Position numbers and translations under genes: made by a program | The notes under the pieces: model-generated | What the model was told of the DNA's origin: nothing | What the model saw: the letters and a program-made list of their open reading frames with translations, nothing else | The model's database searches: none | NCBI GenBank assembly: GCA_045863395.1 | Contig: BTVJ01000016.1 | Location: forward strand, 50,963 to 114,962 | Direction: 5' to 3' | Length of the DNA: 64,000 nt | Source of the DNA: Myxococcales bacterium | Lineage (GTDB): Bacteria; Myxococcota_A; UBA9042; JABWCM01; BTVJ01 | In this document: positions 17,703 to 25,953 of the stretch, in pieces | How the letters are laid out: the number at the start of each line of letters is the position of its first letter | Position numbering within the stretch: the first letter of the stretch is position 1

Positions 17703-20700
17703 TCAGGGCCGCGTGTACTTGGACACGTCCCCGCCGAGAGACTCGATGCTGTCGATGAGGAGCTGGGCGGTGTACTTGACGTTGTGGGCCCAGGCGCCGG
17801 GCTCCTTCTGGTAGAGCTGGAAGTTGAAGGCCGCCTTCATGAGCGCCGGCGTCCAGCCCTTGTAGCTGTTGGCCGAGACGATCTCCGTCGGCTGCCCCAC
17901 GCCGTCGCCGTTCGTGTCCGCGAAGAAGTAGGGGTTCGTGTGGCCATCGTACACCACTGGCTTGCCAGTACCCGCGGCCACCGCCTGGATCTGGGCGTAT
18001 AGATCGTCTGCCAGCGACGACAGCTCCTCGCCCAGGGGCTCCGCCTTGTTCCCGTCGCCGTCGATGTCGTAGTTGGTCAGCAGGCGGTAGGCCTTGTAGT
18101 TGTTCGTCCCGTGGCAGGAGTTGCACCACGCGACGTTGTCCTCCACCGTGAACGAGTGCTTCGTGTTGACCGGCGAGTGGCACTGGACGCAGGCCGTGCC
18201 GCCCAGGTGGGTGGACTTGCCCGCGTAGGTCTTGCCGTCGAACTCGTAGCCCACCCCCGCCTCGCTGCCAAGGAGCGTCGCCGCCGCGGGCAGATAGTGG
18301 ACGTTGCGGAAGCCGAGCCCGCCGCCGGCGATGTAGTCGTCCACCGTCTTCTTGGACTCCCGGCCGCTGTGGCACGTGGCGCAGAGGTTGTCTGCAGGCG
18401 TGAGGCTCGTCACCACCTTGGACCCCGGGAAGGTCACCGACGAGACGGCATGAAGCGCGTAGCCCGGCACCGTGGAGTGACAGGTGGCGCAGGTCAGCCC
18501 GTTGCCCGGCGCAGACGCCTTCGTGATGCCGTAGGTGTGGAAGAAGCGGTTGCCCTCCCCCGAGTGGCACTTGCTGCAGTTTGCGGGCACCGCGCCCTGT
18601 GCGTCCCAGTTGCGCCACGGGCGCGCGCCGCCGTCGAAGTGGCCGCCGTCGCCCCGGTCACCGGCAAAGCCCGTCGTGGCAGGGAGCGCGCCGTTCAGGT
18701 CCTCGATGGAGTCCACCATCACCTGGATGACATACTTGCCGTTGTGGGCGAAGGTGCCCGGGTCCTTCTGCCAGTACTGGTAGTTGTAGGCGGCGCGCAG
18801 GAGCCGCGGCGTGAAGCTCACATACTTGTTGGCGTTGACCGCCTCCTCCGCGCTGGCGACCCCGTCGCCGTCCGTGTCGATGAAGAAGTACGGGTGGGTG
18901 TGGCTGTCGTACACGATGGCCGTGCCCGCCACGTCCTTCGCGTAGGCCGTGATGGCCTTGAGCAGCTCGGCCCCGAGCCCGTCCATCTCCTGCTTGATGC
19001 TCTCGCTCCGGTTGCCGTCGCCGTCGTAGTCGCCCGTGGAACCGAACATACGAATGGTGCCCTCGATGGACGCGACGTCCGTCACGCCCGTGTGGCACTG
19101 GGCGCACTCGTCGAAGCGCAGCTCCAGCGTGTGTTGGTTGTGGCACCCGGTGCAGGCCCGGTAGTTCTCGACGTGGTGGTTGCGCTTGTCGTAGAGCTTG
19201 CCGGCGTACTGGTAGGCGCCCTGGACCTCGCTGCCGAGCAGGGTCGCGCCCGCCGCCAGGTAGTGGATGTTCGTGAACGACAGCGCCGCGGAGACCGTGT
19301 CGTCGTCCGCCAGGGCCGCCGCGGTGATCTTGTCGTCCACGTCCGGCGTAGACGCGCGGCCCTGGTGGCAGGTCATGCACCGGGAGTCCGCGCCGTAGCC
19401 AGTGATGGTCACGCCCGACGGGAAGGTGACCGTGTCCAGCTTCTGCGTCGCGGCGTTGTGACAGGTCTCGCACGAGACGACCGTCCCGGTCGGGGCCGGC
19501 TTGTCGACGATGCCCACTGCGCTGCCGTCCCCCCCAAGGAAGTCGATGTACCCCGGGCTGGAGTGGCACTTGGCACACCCGGTGGGGATGGCCCCCTGCG
19601 CGTTCCAGTTGTTGAACGCGAGCGCCGTGGAGTCCGCGTGGGCCGACTTCACCCACTGGTCGAAGAACGGGGGCTGCTGGGGGTCGTAGTTTCCGACGAC
19701 GACGATGCCCAGGGAGCCCGTGGCGCCCGTATCGACACCCGTGGCAGAGATGATCGCCTCGCCGGGCTCGTTGCCGTGGACCAGCCCGTCCGCGTCGACG
19801 GGCGCGACGCTCGGGTTGCTGCTCTGCCAGGTGTAGCCGGAGTCGACGCCGTTGACCGTCGCTGCGCTCAGCGCCAGCGTCCCGTTGAGGTCGACCGTGA
19901 AGTCCCCGACCACGGACACGACCGGGACGGGCAGCGGCACGTCCGCCGCCACCACGATGGTGTGCTTGTCGGTGGCCTTCGTGTCCTTGCCCGTGGCCGT
20001 GATCACCGCCACGCCGTCGCCGTTGGCCGTCACGACGCCGCCCACGTCCACGCTGGCGACGCCACCGTTGCTCGTCGACCAGTCGTAGCCGCTGTCCTCG
20101 CCGTTGACCGTCACCACCGAGAGCACCGTGGTCTGGCCGGGCTCGAGCAGGGTCTCGCCGTCCACGATGACCACCGGTGTCGGGGGAGGAGGCTCCACCG
20201 GGGGCTCCGGGTCCTTGCGCACGACGATGCCGTGCTTGCCCTCTTTGCCCGTGTCCGCGCCCTTGGCCGTGATGATCGCCTCACCGTCCGCGACGCCGGT
20301 CACGACGCCCGCGGTCACCGTCGCCACGGCGGGGTCGCTCGACGACCACACGTAGCTCCCGTCCTCGCCGTTGGCCGTGGTGGCGGTCAGGGTCAGCGTC
20401 TGCGTGGGCTTGAGGAAGTTGCCGCCCGTGACGGTCACCACCACCTCCGGGTCGGGCGGCGGTGGGATGATCACGGGCTCCTCCGCGACCACGATGCCGT
20501 GCGCCCCCTGCGCCCCGCTGTCGACGCCCGTGGCCGTGATGGTTGCCACGCCGCTCTTGACGGCGGTGACGAGGCCCTTGCCGTCGACGGTCGCGACGTC
20601 CGTGTTCTGGGAGGCCCACGAGTAGCCCGTGTCCTCGCCGTTGAGGGTCTCGGCGGTCAGCGCGACCGTGCCGCCCACCTCCACGGCGTAGTCGCCGGTG

Positions 20701-21089
20701 ACGCGCACCACCGGGGTCGCGGGATCGACGACGCCCGGGGTCTCCGGAATGGCGGTGACCACCACGCCCCGCTCGCCGCTGAGGAGAGACGTGACGCCGG
20801 TCGCCGTGATCGTGACGACGCCCGCCTTCACGCCCGTCACCACTCCATCGGCGACGGTCGCGATGGCCTCGTCGCTGGACGCCCAGGTGTAGCCCGAGTC
20901 CTGACCGTTGCGCGTCTCTGCGGTCAGCGTGATCGACTTGCCGACCTGGACGTCGAAGTTGCCCCCGATGACGACGCGCGCCTCCTCGACCTCCACCGTC
21001 TCGGTGACCGACTCCGTGTCGCCGCAGCCCGCGAGCACCAGCGCGCCAAGCCCCGTCGCGAAGACCACATGCCTTGCCCACCTCGTCAT
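17703..21089 (-). CDS. Decaheme c-type cytochrome lipoprotein with five N-terminal Big_2 (intimin-like Ig) domains
   Basis: GGAGG RBS, lipobox LAGC; five 'NG.D.GY.W.S....A.V...G.VT' Ig repeats; ten CXXCH motifs (CAKCH, CETCH, CMTCH, CTGCH, CAQCH, CSKCH, CATCH, CATCH, CVQCH, CNSCH) in two homologous halves; DxDGDG-type Ca-binding loops. Confidence 0.9.
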   Translation of the reverse strand: MTRWARHVVFATGLGALVLAGCGDTESVTETVEVEEARVVIGGNFDVQVGKSITLTAETRNGQDSGYTWASSDEAIATVADGVVTGVKAGVVTITATGVTSLLSGERGVVVTAIPETPGVVDPATPVVRVTGDYAVEVGGTVALTAETLNGEDTGYSWASQNTDVATVDGKGLVTAVKSGVATITATGVDSGAQGAHGIVVAEEPVIIPPPPDPEVVVTVTGGNFLKPTQTLTLTATTANGEDGSYVWSSSDPAVATVTAGVVTGVADGEAIITAKGADTGKEGKHGIVVRKDPEPPVEPPPPTPVVIVDGETLLEPGQTTVLSVVTVNGEDSGYDWSTSNGGVASVDVGGVVTANGDGVAVITATGKDTKATDKHTIVVAADVPLPVPVVSVVGDFTVDLNGTLALSAATVNGVDSGYTWQSSNPSVAPVDADGLVHGNEPGEAIISATGVDTGATGSLGIVVVGNYDPQQPPFFDQWVKSAHADSTALAFNNWNAQGAIPTGCAKCHSSPGYIDFLGGDGSAVGIVDKPAPTGTVVSCETCHNAATQKLDTVTFPSGVTITGYGADSRCMTCHQGRASTPDVDDKITAAALADDDTVSAALSFTNIHYLAAGATLLGSEVQGAYQYAGKLYDKRNHHVENYRACTGCHNQHTLELRFDECAQCHTGVTDVASIEGTIRMFGSTGDYDGDGNRSESIKQEMDGLGAELLKAITAYAKDVAGTAIVYDSHTHPYFFIDTDGDGVASAEEAVNANKYVSFTPRLLRAAYNYQYWQKDPGTFAHNGKYVIQVMVDSIEDLNGALPATTGFAGDRGDGGHFDGGARPWRNWDAQGAVPANCSKCHSGEGNRFFHTYGITKASAPGNGLTCATCHSTVPGYALHAVSSVTFPGSKVVTSLTPADNLCATCHSGRESKKTVDDYIAGGGLGFRNVHYLPAAATLLGSEAGVGYEFDGKTYAGKSTHLGGTACVQCHSPVNTKHSFTVEDNVAWCNSCHGTNNYKAYRLLTNYDIDGDGNKAEPLGEELSSLADDLYAQIQAVAAGTGKPVVYDGHTNPYFFADTNGDGVGQPTEIVSANSYKGWTPALMKAAFNFQLYQKEPGAWAHNVKYTAQLLIDSIESLGGDVSKYTRP

Positions 21090-21251
21090 CTTGCCTACCT
21101 CCAGCATCCTGCGCGCCCCGTTTCGGGCGCCACACCGTCGCTCCCCGGCGTTGCCGAGCGGCGTGCCCATGCAAGCTGAAGCACCCACCACTCAATGCTC
21201 CTCATAGCACAGGCGCGCGAAGATCGGTGCAGCGCCGCGTCACTTTCTGCC

Positions 21252-21265
21252 TTGACCCAGATCAA
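21252..21265. promoter_or_regulatory. FNR/CRP-family box between divergent cytochrome and acetate-channel genes
   Basis: TTGAC-CCAG-ATCAA, one mismatch to TTGAT-N4-ATCAA. The symmetry extends to CCTTGA...TCAAGG. Confidence 0.6.
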
Positions 21266-21442
21266 GGCCCGCTGGCACGTTCTGTGTTCGCGCAGAATTG
21301 ACGCCACGGTTGCGCACGACCCTGGGCGCGAAGCCCTGCGCAGCGACCCGCGGTCTGTCCTGGGCACCTCACCAGCCGATCGTTCCTGGTTGAATCCTGA
21401 CCTGCCACGGTACAAGCTACCGCGAACCCGGAGGACCACGAC

Positions 21443-22315
21443 ATGCTCCAGCGCCCGCCTGCCCCGCCACACCGTGAAGTGTTCGCCGACCCAACGCCGC
21501 TCGGCCTCATCGGCCTGGCGGTGGGCTGCGCAGCGCTCGTGCCCATCGCCTTCGGGTACGCGCTGACCCCGGCGGGCCTCAAGACGGCGGCCATGTTCTG
21601 CTTGTTGTTCGGGGCCGGGTGCCAGCTCGTGGCGGGCCTGCTGAACTTCGCCAACCGCAACCTGTACGGCGCCACCCTGTTCACGGCCTTCGCCTTCAAC
21701 TGGCTGATGAACTGGTGGGCCCTCGACGGCCTCGCGAGCGGCTTCGCCCCCGACCACACGGTCGTCCTGGCTACCGAGGTCACCTTCCTCATGATCTTCC
21801 TGGTGATCACGTACGGCTTCGGCTTCTACAGCAAGGTGCTGTTCCTGTTCCTGCTCGACATCGACGTGCTCTTCGTGGCCAAGATCGCCGGCGCCGTGCT
21901 CCACACGCGGGCCTTCGAGCCCGTCGTCGCCGTCTGCACCGTGGCGCTCGCGTTGATCGCGCTGTGGCTGGCCTTCGCCATCCTGGTCAACCCGGTGGCG
22001 GGGCGGGCCGTCTTCCCCATTGCCGGGCCCCTGTTCTTCGCGCAGCCGGCTCCAGGCTTCAGCGATGGCCCCCGGCGAGCCATCTTCGACACGCTCTACG
22101 CGCACTGGAGGACGCACGCCTTCACCCCCATGGACCTGGACGAGCTGGGCCGTCACATCGGGCAGGACGGGCTCCTCCCGCACCTGCACTACCTGGAGGA
22201 GCTCGGCGGGCTGGTCTTCGAGGCGGCCCACCCGGACGGACGCCCCCAGGCAGTGCGCCTCACCGCCGCAGGCATCGATCTCTACGAGCAGCGGGTGCTG
22301 CTCAAGAACGCCTGA
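21443..22315 (+). CDS. satP: Acetate uptake channel (GPR1/FUN34/YaaH, SatP family) with extra C-terminal winged-helix-like domain
   Basis: 'FADPTPLGL' (family motif NPAPLGL), 'GAGCQLVAG', 'N.YGAT.FTAF..NW', six TM segments, then an ~80-aa soluble tail; GGAGG RBS. Confidence 0.8.
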   Translation: MLQRPPAPPHREVFADPTPLGLIGLAVGCAALVPIAFGYALTPAGLKTAAMFCLLFGAGCQLVAGLLNFANRNLYGATLFTAFAFNWLMNWWALDGLASGFAPDHTVVLATEVTFLMIFLVITYGFGFYSKVLFLFLLDIDVLFVAKIAGAVLHTRAFEPVVAVCTVALALIALWLAFAILVNPVAGRAVFPIAGPLFFAQPAPGFSDGPRRAIFDTLYAHWRTHAFTPMDLDELGRHIGQDGLLPHLHYLEELGGLVFEAAHPDGRPQAVRLTAAGIDLYEQRVLLKNA

Positions 22316-22324
22316 GGAGGCGCC

Positions 22325-23416
22325 ATGGCCCGCTGGGTGATGGGGCTCGCCGCGCTGCTCTCCGCGTGCTCGGCCCCCTCCGAGGAGACCGCCGATGTCG
22401 GCCCCTGGCAGATCTGGTGGGACGTGGGGCAGGGAGCGGACACCGCGTCCACGGGTGATGGCGGGCCCGGGGACGCCGGCGGGCCCGGGGGCGCGGGCGG
22501 CGCCGACCTGGGGGTGACCGACGTCCAGCAGGAGGCTCCGGAGGACGCCGCCGCGGACGTGGCCTCCCCCGTGGACTCTGGCGCTCCGTTGGACTCGGAG
22601 GCCCCGGCGGACACCGCCCCGGACGCTGGCCCCCCACCGCTCCTCGTCGACTCCGACAACGACGGCATCCCGGACGTGGCGGACCTCTTCCCGTTCGACA
22701 AGGACCTGCCGGGAACGGCCTACGGAGGCGTGGTCTACGCCCACACCGCGGACGAGCTGTGGCGCATGGACGTCAAGACCTACAAGCTCGACTTCGTGGC
22801 CTTCTTCGGGTGGCCCGCGGACGGCGGCGTCCACGAGATGACCGACATCGCCATCGACCGCTACGGGGCCCTCTACGGAGTGTCCTTCTCGGCGGTCTAC
22901 TCCTGCCACCCGCAGAAGGGCAAGTGCCTGCGCATCGGGACGCTGCCCACCAACTACAACGCGTTGACCTTCGTGCCGCAGGGGCTCCTCGACGAGGACA
23001 AGGACGTGCTCATCGCCATCGGAAACGGGGGCGAGTGGACGCGCCTCGACCGGACGGGCGAGACCTTCACGGCCACGAACCTCGGCAAGTACGGCGCCAT
23101 CTACACGTCGAGCGGGGACGCCTACTCCATCAAGGGGGTGGGCACCTACGCGACGGTCAACAAGAGCGGAGACTCCTCGGACTGGCTCGTGGCCGTCCAC
23201 CCGGCGTCGGGACACGTGACCGCCGAGATCGGGCGCCTGGACGGCTTCAGCTCCATGTTCGGGCTCGCGGGGTGGACCGACCGGGCCTTCGGCTTCGACG
23301 AGGGCGGCGCCGTAGTGGTGGTGGACACGGGCACCGGCAAGGTGGTCAACACCATCCAGAGCACGCCCAAGAAGTGGTGGGGGGCCGGCGTGAGGACGTA
23401 CATCCCGGCTCAGTGA
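22325..23416 (+). CDS. Lipoprotein with TSP3-like Ca-binding loop and probable beta-propeller
   Basis: Lipobox LSAC, acidic linker, 'DSDNDGIPDVADLFPFD', 'MTDIAID..G.LYG', ending 'WWGAGV'. 9 bp after satP with GAGGAGG RBS. Confidence 0.7.
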   Translation: MARWVMGLAALLSACSAPSEETADVGPWQIWWDVGQGADTASTGDGGPGDAGGPGGAGGADLGVTDVQQEAPEDAAADVASPVDSGAPLDSEAPADTAPDAGPPPLLVDSDNDGIPDVADLFPFDKDLPGTAYGGVVYAHTADELWRMDVKTYKLDFVAFFGWPADGGVHEMTDIAIDRYGALYGVSFSAVYSCHPQKGKCLRIGTLPTNYNALTFVPQGLLDEDKDVLIAIGNGGEWTRLDRTGETFTATNLGKYGAIYTSSGDAYSIKGVGTYATVNKSGDSSDWLVAVHPASGHVTAEIGRLDGFSSMFGLAGWTDRAFGFDEGGAVVVVDTGTGKVVNTIQSTPKKWWGAGVRTYIPAQ

Positions 23417-23434
23417 GGCCGGCGAGCCGGGGGG

Positions 23435-24877
23435 TCAGTTTCCCCCACGCACCATGACGCCGCGGTAGGTGCCGGCGCGGTCCGTCCAGGTCTCTGTGAC
23501 GAGCTTCAGGTCGCCGTCGAAGTGCGCGAGCGGCACGTCATTGCTCGAGAGCTTGGCGGTGGCGACCAGGAAGCCCTCCCCGAAGGCCGTGACGCCGTAC
23601 TGGGGCTTCCAGTCCTCGATGGGCGCCGACTTCTTGCTGAGCTGCCCCGCGGGCTCCAGCAGCACGAGGTAGCCGGCCCCGGAGACCGTGTGACGACCGC
23701 CGAGGATCACGCCCTTCGGGGCGGCGGCGCCCCGGTAGATGGTGAGCGGGATGGACGTCGTGTTGTCTCCGTAGTCGCCGAGGATCGCGCCCTTCTTGTC
23801 CAGGGCGTAGAGACCCCAGGGCATCACCCCGTCGTCGCAGAGCACCGTCTGGAGGCTCGGGAGCTGGATGAGGCACTCCGCCTGGGGTCCCTGGAAGCCG
23901 AAGGAGATGGTCTCGACGTAGGTGCCGTCGTCCTCGTAGACCAGGAGCTTCTCCGACGGCCCCCCCACCCAGATGCGCCCGTCCGGCTGGTGGCGCAGCA
24001 TGGTGTACGCGCCCCAGATGCTGTAGAGGCCCAGGCCCGTTTTGTCCTTCGTGTCGAACGAATACAGGTGGTTGCCCTCGGGGTCGAACACCTCGACCCC
24101 CGGCTGGTGGCGGCTCCCGACGGCGATGCGACCCGCGTCCAGCTCCAGGAGCGACCAGGGGTTCCCGTCTGCCTGGCCCGAGAAGTACGTGCTCGGGATG
24201 CCCTGGCTGATGAAGGTGCCGTCGCTGCGAAACACCTCGACCACGTCGGTGGTGATCTCCGTGACCCACACGTTGCCCAGGACCTTGACCGTCGCCGTCC
24301 GCTGCGTCGAGCAGCCGCCGTCGCTCACGGTCAGGGTGAACGTGACGGTGGTGGTGCGAAACGCGCGGTCCACCTGATCCACGACGAAGGTCCCCTCGCC
24401 TTCGCCGGCCGGAGTGAAGAACTGGCCCATGGCTGGCGGAGACACGGTGACGGAGACCGTGGCGGAGTCACCCGCGGTCAGGACCAGGCCGAGCTGTGCC
24501 GCCTCGCCGAACCGCAGGTACTTGGGGGAGCCTGCGAGGCCGAAGCCGTCGATGACGATGCCCGGGCAGCCCAGGTCGGGCACGTCGGGCTCGACCGGCA
24601 CGTCGGGCGTCGGCGTGGAGTCCTCGCCGGCAGTCGTGTCCACGGTCGCCGTGTCGGCCTCGACCGTGTCGGCCAGCGAGGCGTCCCCCGGGGCGGCGCC
24701 CGTGTCTCCTCCGGCGGTCGCGTCGGGGGCCGTCACGTCGCCCGGGCCGGTGGCGTCTGCCCCCCCGTCCCCCTCGACGAAGCTCGGTCCGCCCGGCCCG
24801 ATGTTCGTCCCGTCCCCCTTCTTCTCGGCGGTCAGGCAGCCCGTGATCAGGGCGAGCGCCACGATGGAGATCCGCAT
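23435..24877 (-). CDS. Lipoprotein with Ig-like domain and NHL-like beta-propeller
   Basis: GGAGG RBS, 'MRISIVALALITGC', acidic linker, repeated 'VEVF..DG.F' blades. Confidence 0.7.
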   Translation of the reverse strand: MRISIVALALITGCLTAEKKGDGTNIGPGGPSFVEGDGGADATGPGDVTAPDATAGGDTGAAPGDASLADTVEADTATVDTTAGEDSTPTPDVPVEPDVPDLGCPGIVIDGFGLAGSPKYLRFGEAAQLGLVLTAGDSATVSVTVSPPAMGQFFTPAGEGEGTFVVDQVDRAFRTTTVTFTLTVSDGGCSTQRTATVKVLGNVWVTEITTDVVEVFRSDGTFISQGIPSTYFSGQADGNPWSLLELDAGRIAVGSRHQPGVEVFDPEGNHLYSFDTKDKTGLGLYSIWGAYTMLRHQPDGRIWVGGPSEKLLVYEDDGTYVETISFGFQGPQAECLIQLPSLQTVLCDDGVMPWGLYALDKKGAILGDYGDNTTSIPLTIYRGAAAPKGVILGGRHTVSGAGYLVLLEPAGQLSKKSAPIEDWKPQYGVTAFGEGFLVATAKLSSNDVPLAHFDGDLKLVTETWTDRAGTYRGVMVRGGN

Positions 24878-24906
24878 GGTCGTACTGCCTCCTCTGGAGG
24901 TGACGG

Positions 24907-25953
24907 TCAGAAGGTGAGCCCCCAGCGCATGGAGGCGCCGGCAGCGGTGGTGGGGGGCGCCGGGTCCCCGGTCTCCCACAGCAGGACGGTGGGGACTACC
25001 ATGAGCACTCCGACGCCCGCCATGACGTAGGAGCCGATCTGGAGCTCGTCGCCGGTGGCGATCAGGTCGTCGAAGCGCGCCGAGTAGCCGGGCTCTTTGG
25101 GGTCGAGGCCGTCCGCGGTCTTGAAGCGGTCGTAGGCGACGCCGTAGAGGACACCCGCGGTGACCAATGAGGCGATGCCCACCCCCGCGGTCACCCAGCC
25201 CCAGTTGAAGGGCTCGGCGACGACCGCGACGGGCTCGCCCCCCGTGAAGGCCTCGACCTCGAGGACCTCGCCGGCCTCGACCCGCGCCGTGTGCGTCCAG
25301 GGGGGGCGACCCTCGGCGGACACCTCCACTGTGTGGATGCCCGCAGGCACTGACAGCGCCAAGGGGGCGACCCCGGCGGGGCGCTCGTCGACGCGAACGG
25401 TGGCGGGCAGCACGTCGGAGCGCACGCGGAGGGTGCCCATGGGGGCGGGCGCCTCCAGGACCAGCAGGACCTCCGACCGGGCTCCGGCCTTCGCGGTCAC
25501 GTCGAGGCGCGCCGTCCGCTCCCCTGCGCTCGCCGCGAGCGTGTGACGGCCAGGCGGCAGGCAGAGCGGCGTGGGCCGTGCCGCGCCCCCAACGGTCACG
25601 GGTGCCGGCTCCGACGTGGTCACGGTGACGAACGCGCGCCCCGCCATGGGGCACAGGCGCTCGATGGCTTGTATGGCGGGAGCGGGGTCCGGCGCGACCG
25701 CGCGGTGGCGCTCCCAGGCGTCCACCGCGTCGGCGAGCCGGTCCAGCTTCTCCAAGGTCTTCGCGGTGTTCAGCAGGTAGCGGGGGTCGGGATCGGCGTC
25801 CCAGGCGGCCTGGAACGCGGCGAGGGCCTCGGCGTAGGCGCCCCTCCCGTAGGAGATCTTCCCCTGCTCGTTGAGGGACTCTGCGGTCTGCGCGAGGACC
25901 GGAGGCGCCACGCACAGCAGGGCGAGCACCAGGAGCGCGAGCGTGCGGTTCAC
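24907..25953 (-). CDS. TPR + PEGA domain protein with C-terminal hydrophobic hairpin
   Basis: Signal peptide, 'G...Y..G.Y.EAL..F..A...DPDP..L.N.A' TPR, 'GTLRVRS...A.V.VD...G..P....V.AG.HTVEV' PEGA, C-terminal 'RWGLTF'. Confidence 0.8.
   Translation of the reverse strand: MNRTLALLVLALLCVAPPVLAQTAESLNEQGKISYGRGAYAEALAAFQAAWDADPDPRYLLNTAKTLEKLDRLADAVDAWERHRAVAPDPAPAIQAIERLCPMAGRAFVTVTTSEPAPVTVGGAARPTPLCLPPGRHTLAASAGERTARLDVTAKAGARSEVLLVLEAPAPMGTLRVRSDVLPATVRVDERPAGVAPLALSVPAGIHTVEVSAEGRPPWTHTARVEAGEVLEVEAFTGGEPVAVVAEPFNWGWVTAGVGIASLVTAGVLYGVAYDRFKTADGLDPKEPGYSARFDDLIATGDELQIGSYVMAGVGVLMVVPTVLLWETGDPAPPTTAAGASMRWGLTF

Noticed and set aside
21272..21290. TGGCAC upstream of satP as a sigma54 promoter
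   Set aside because: The -12 position reads GT instead of the required GC.
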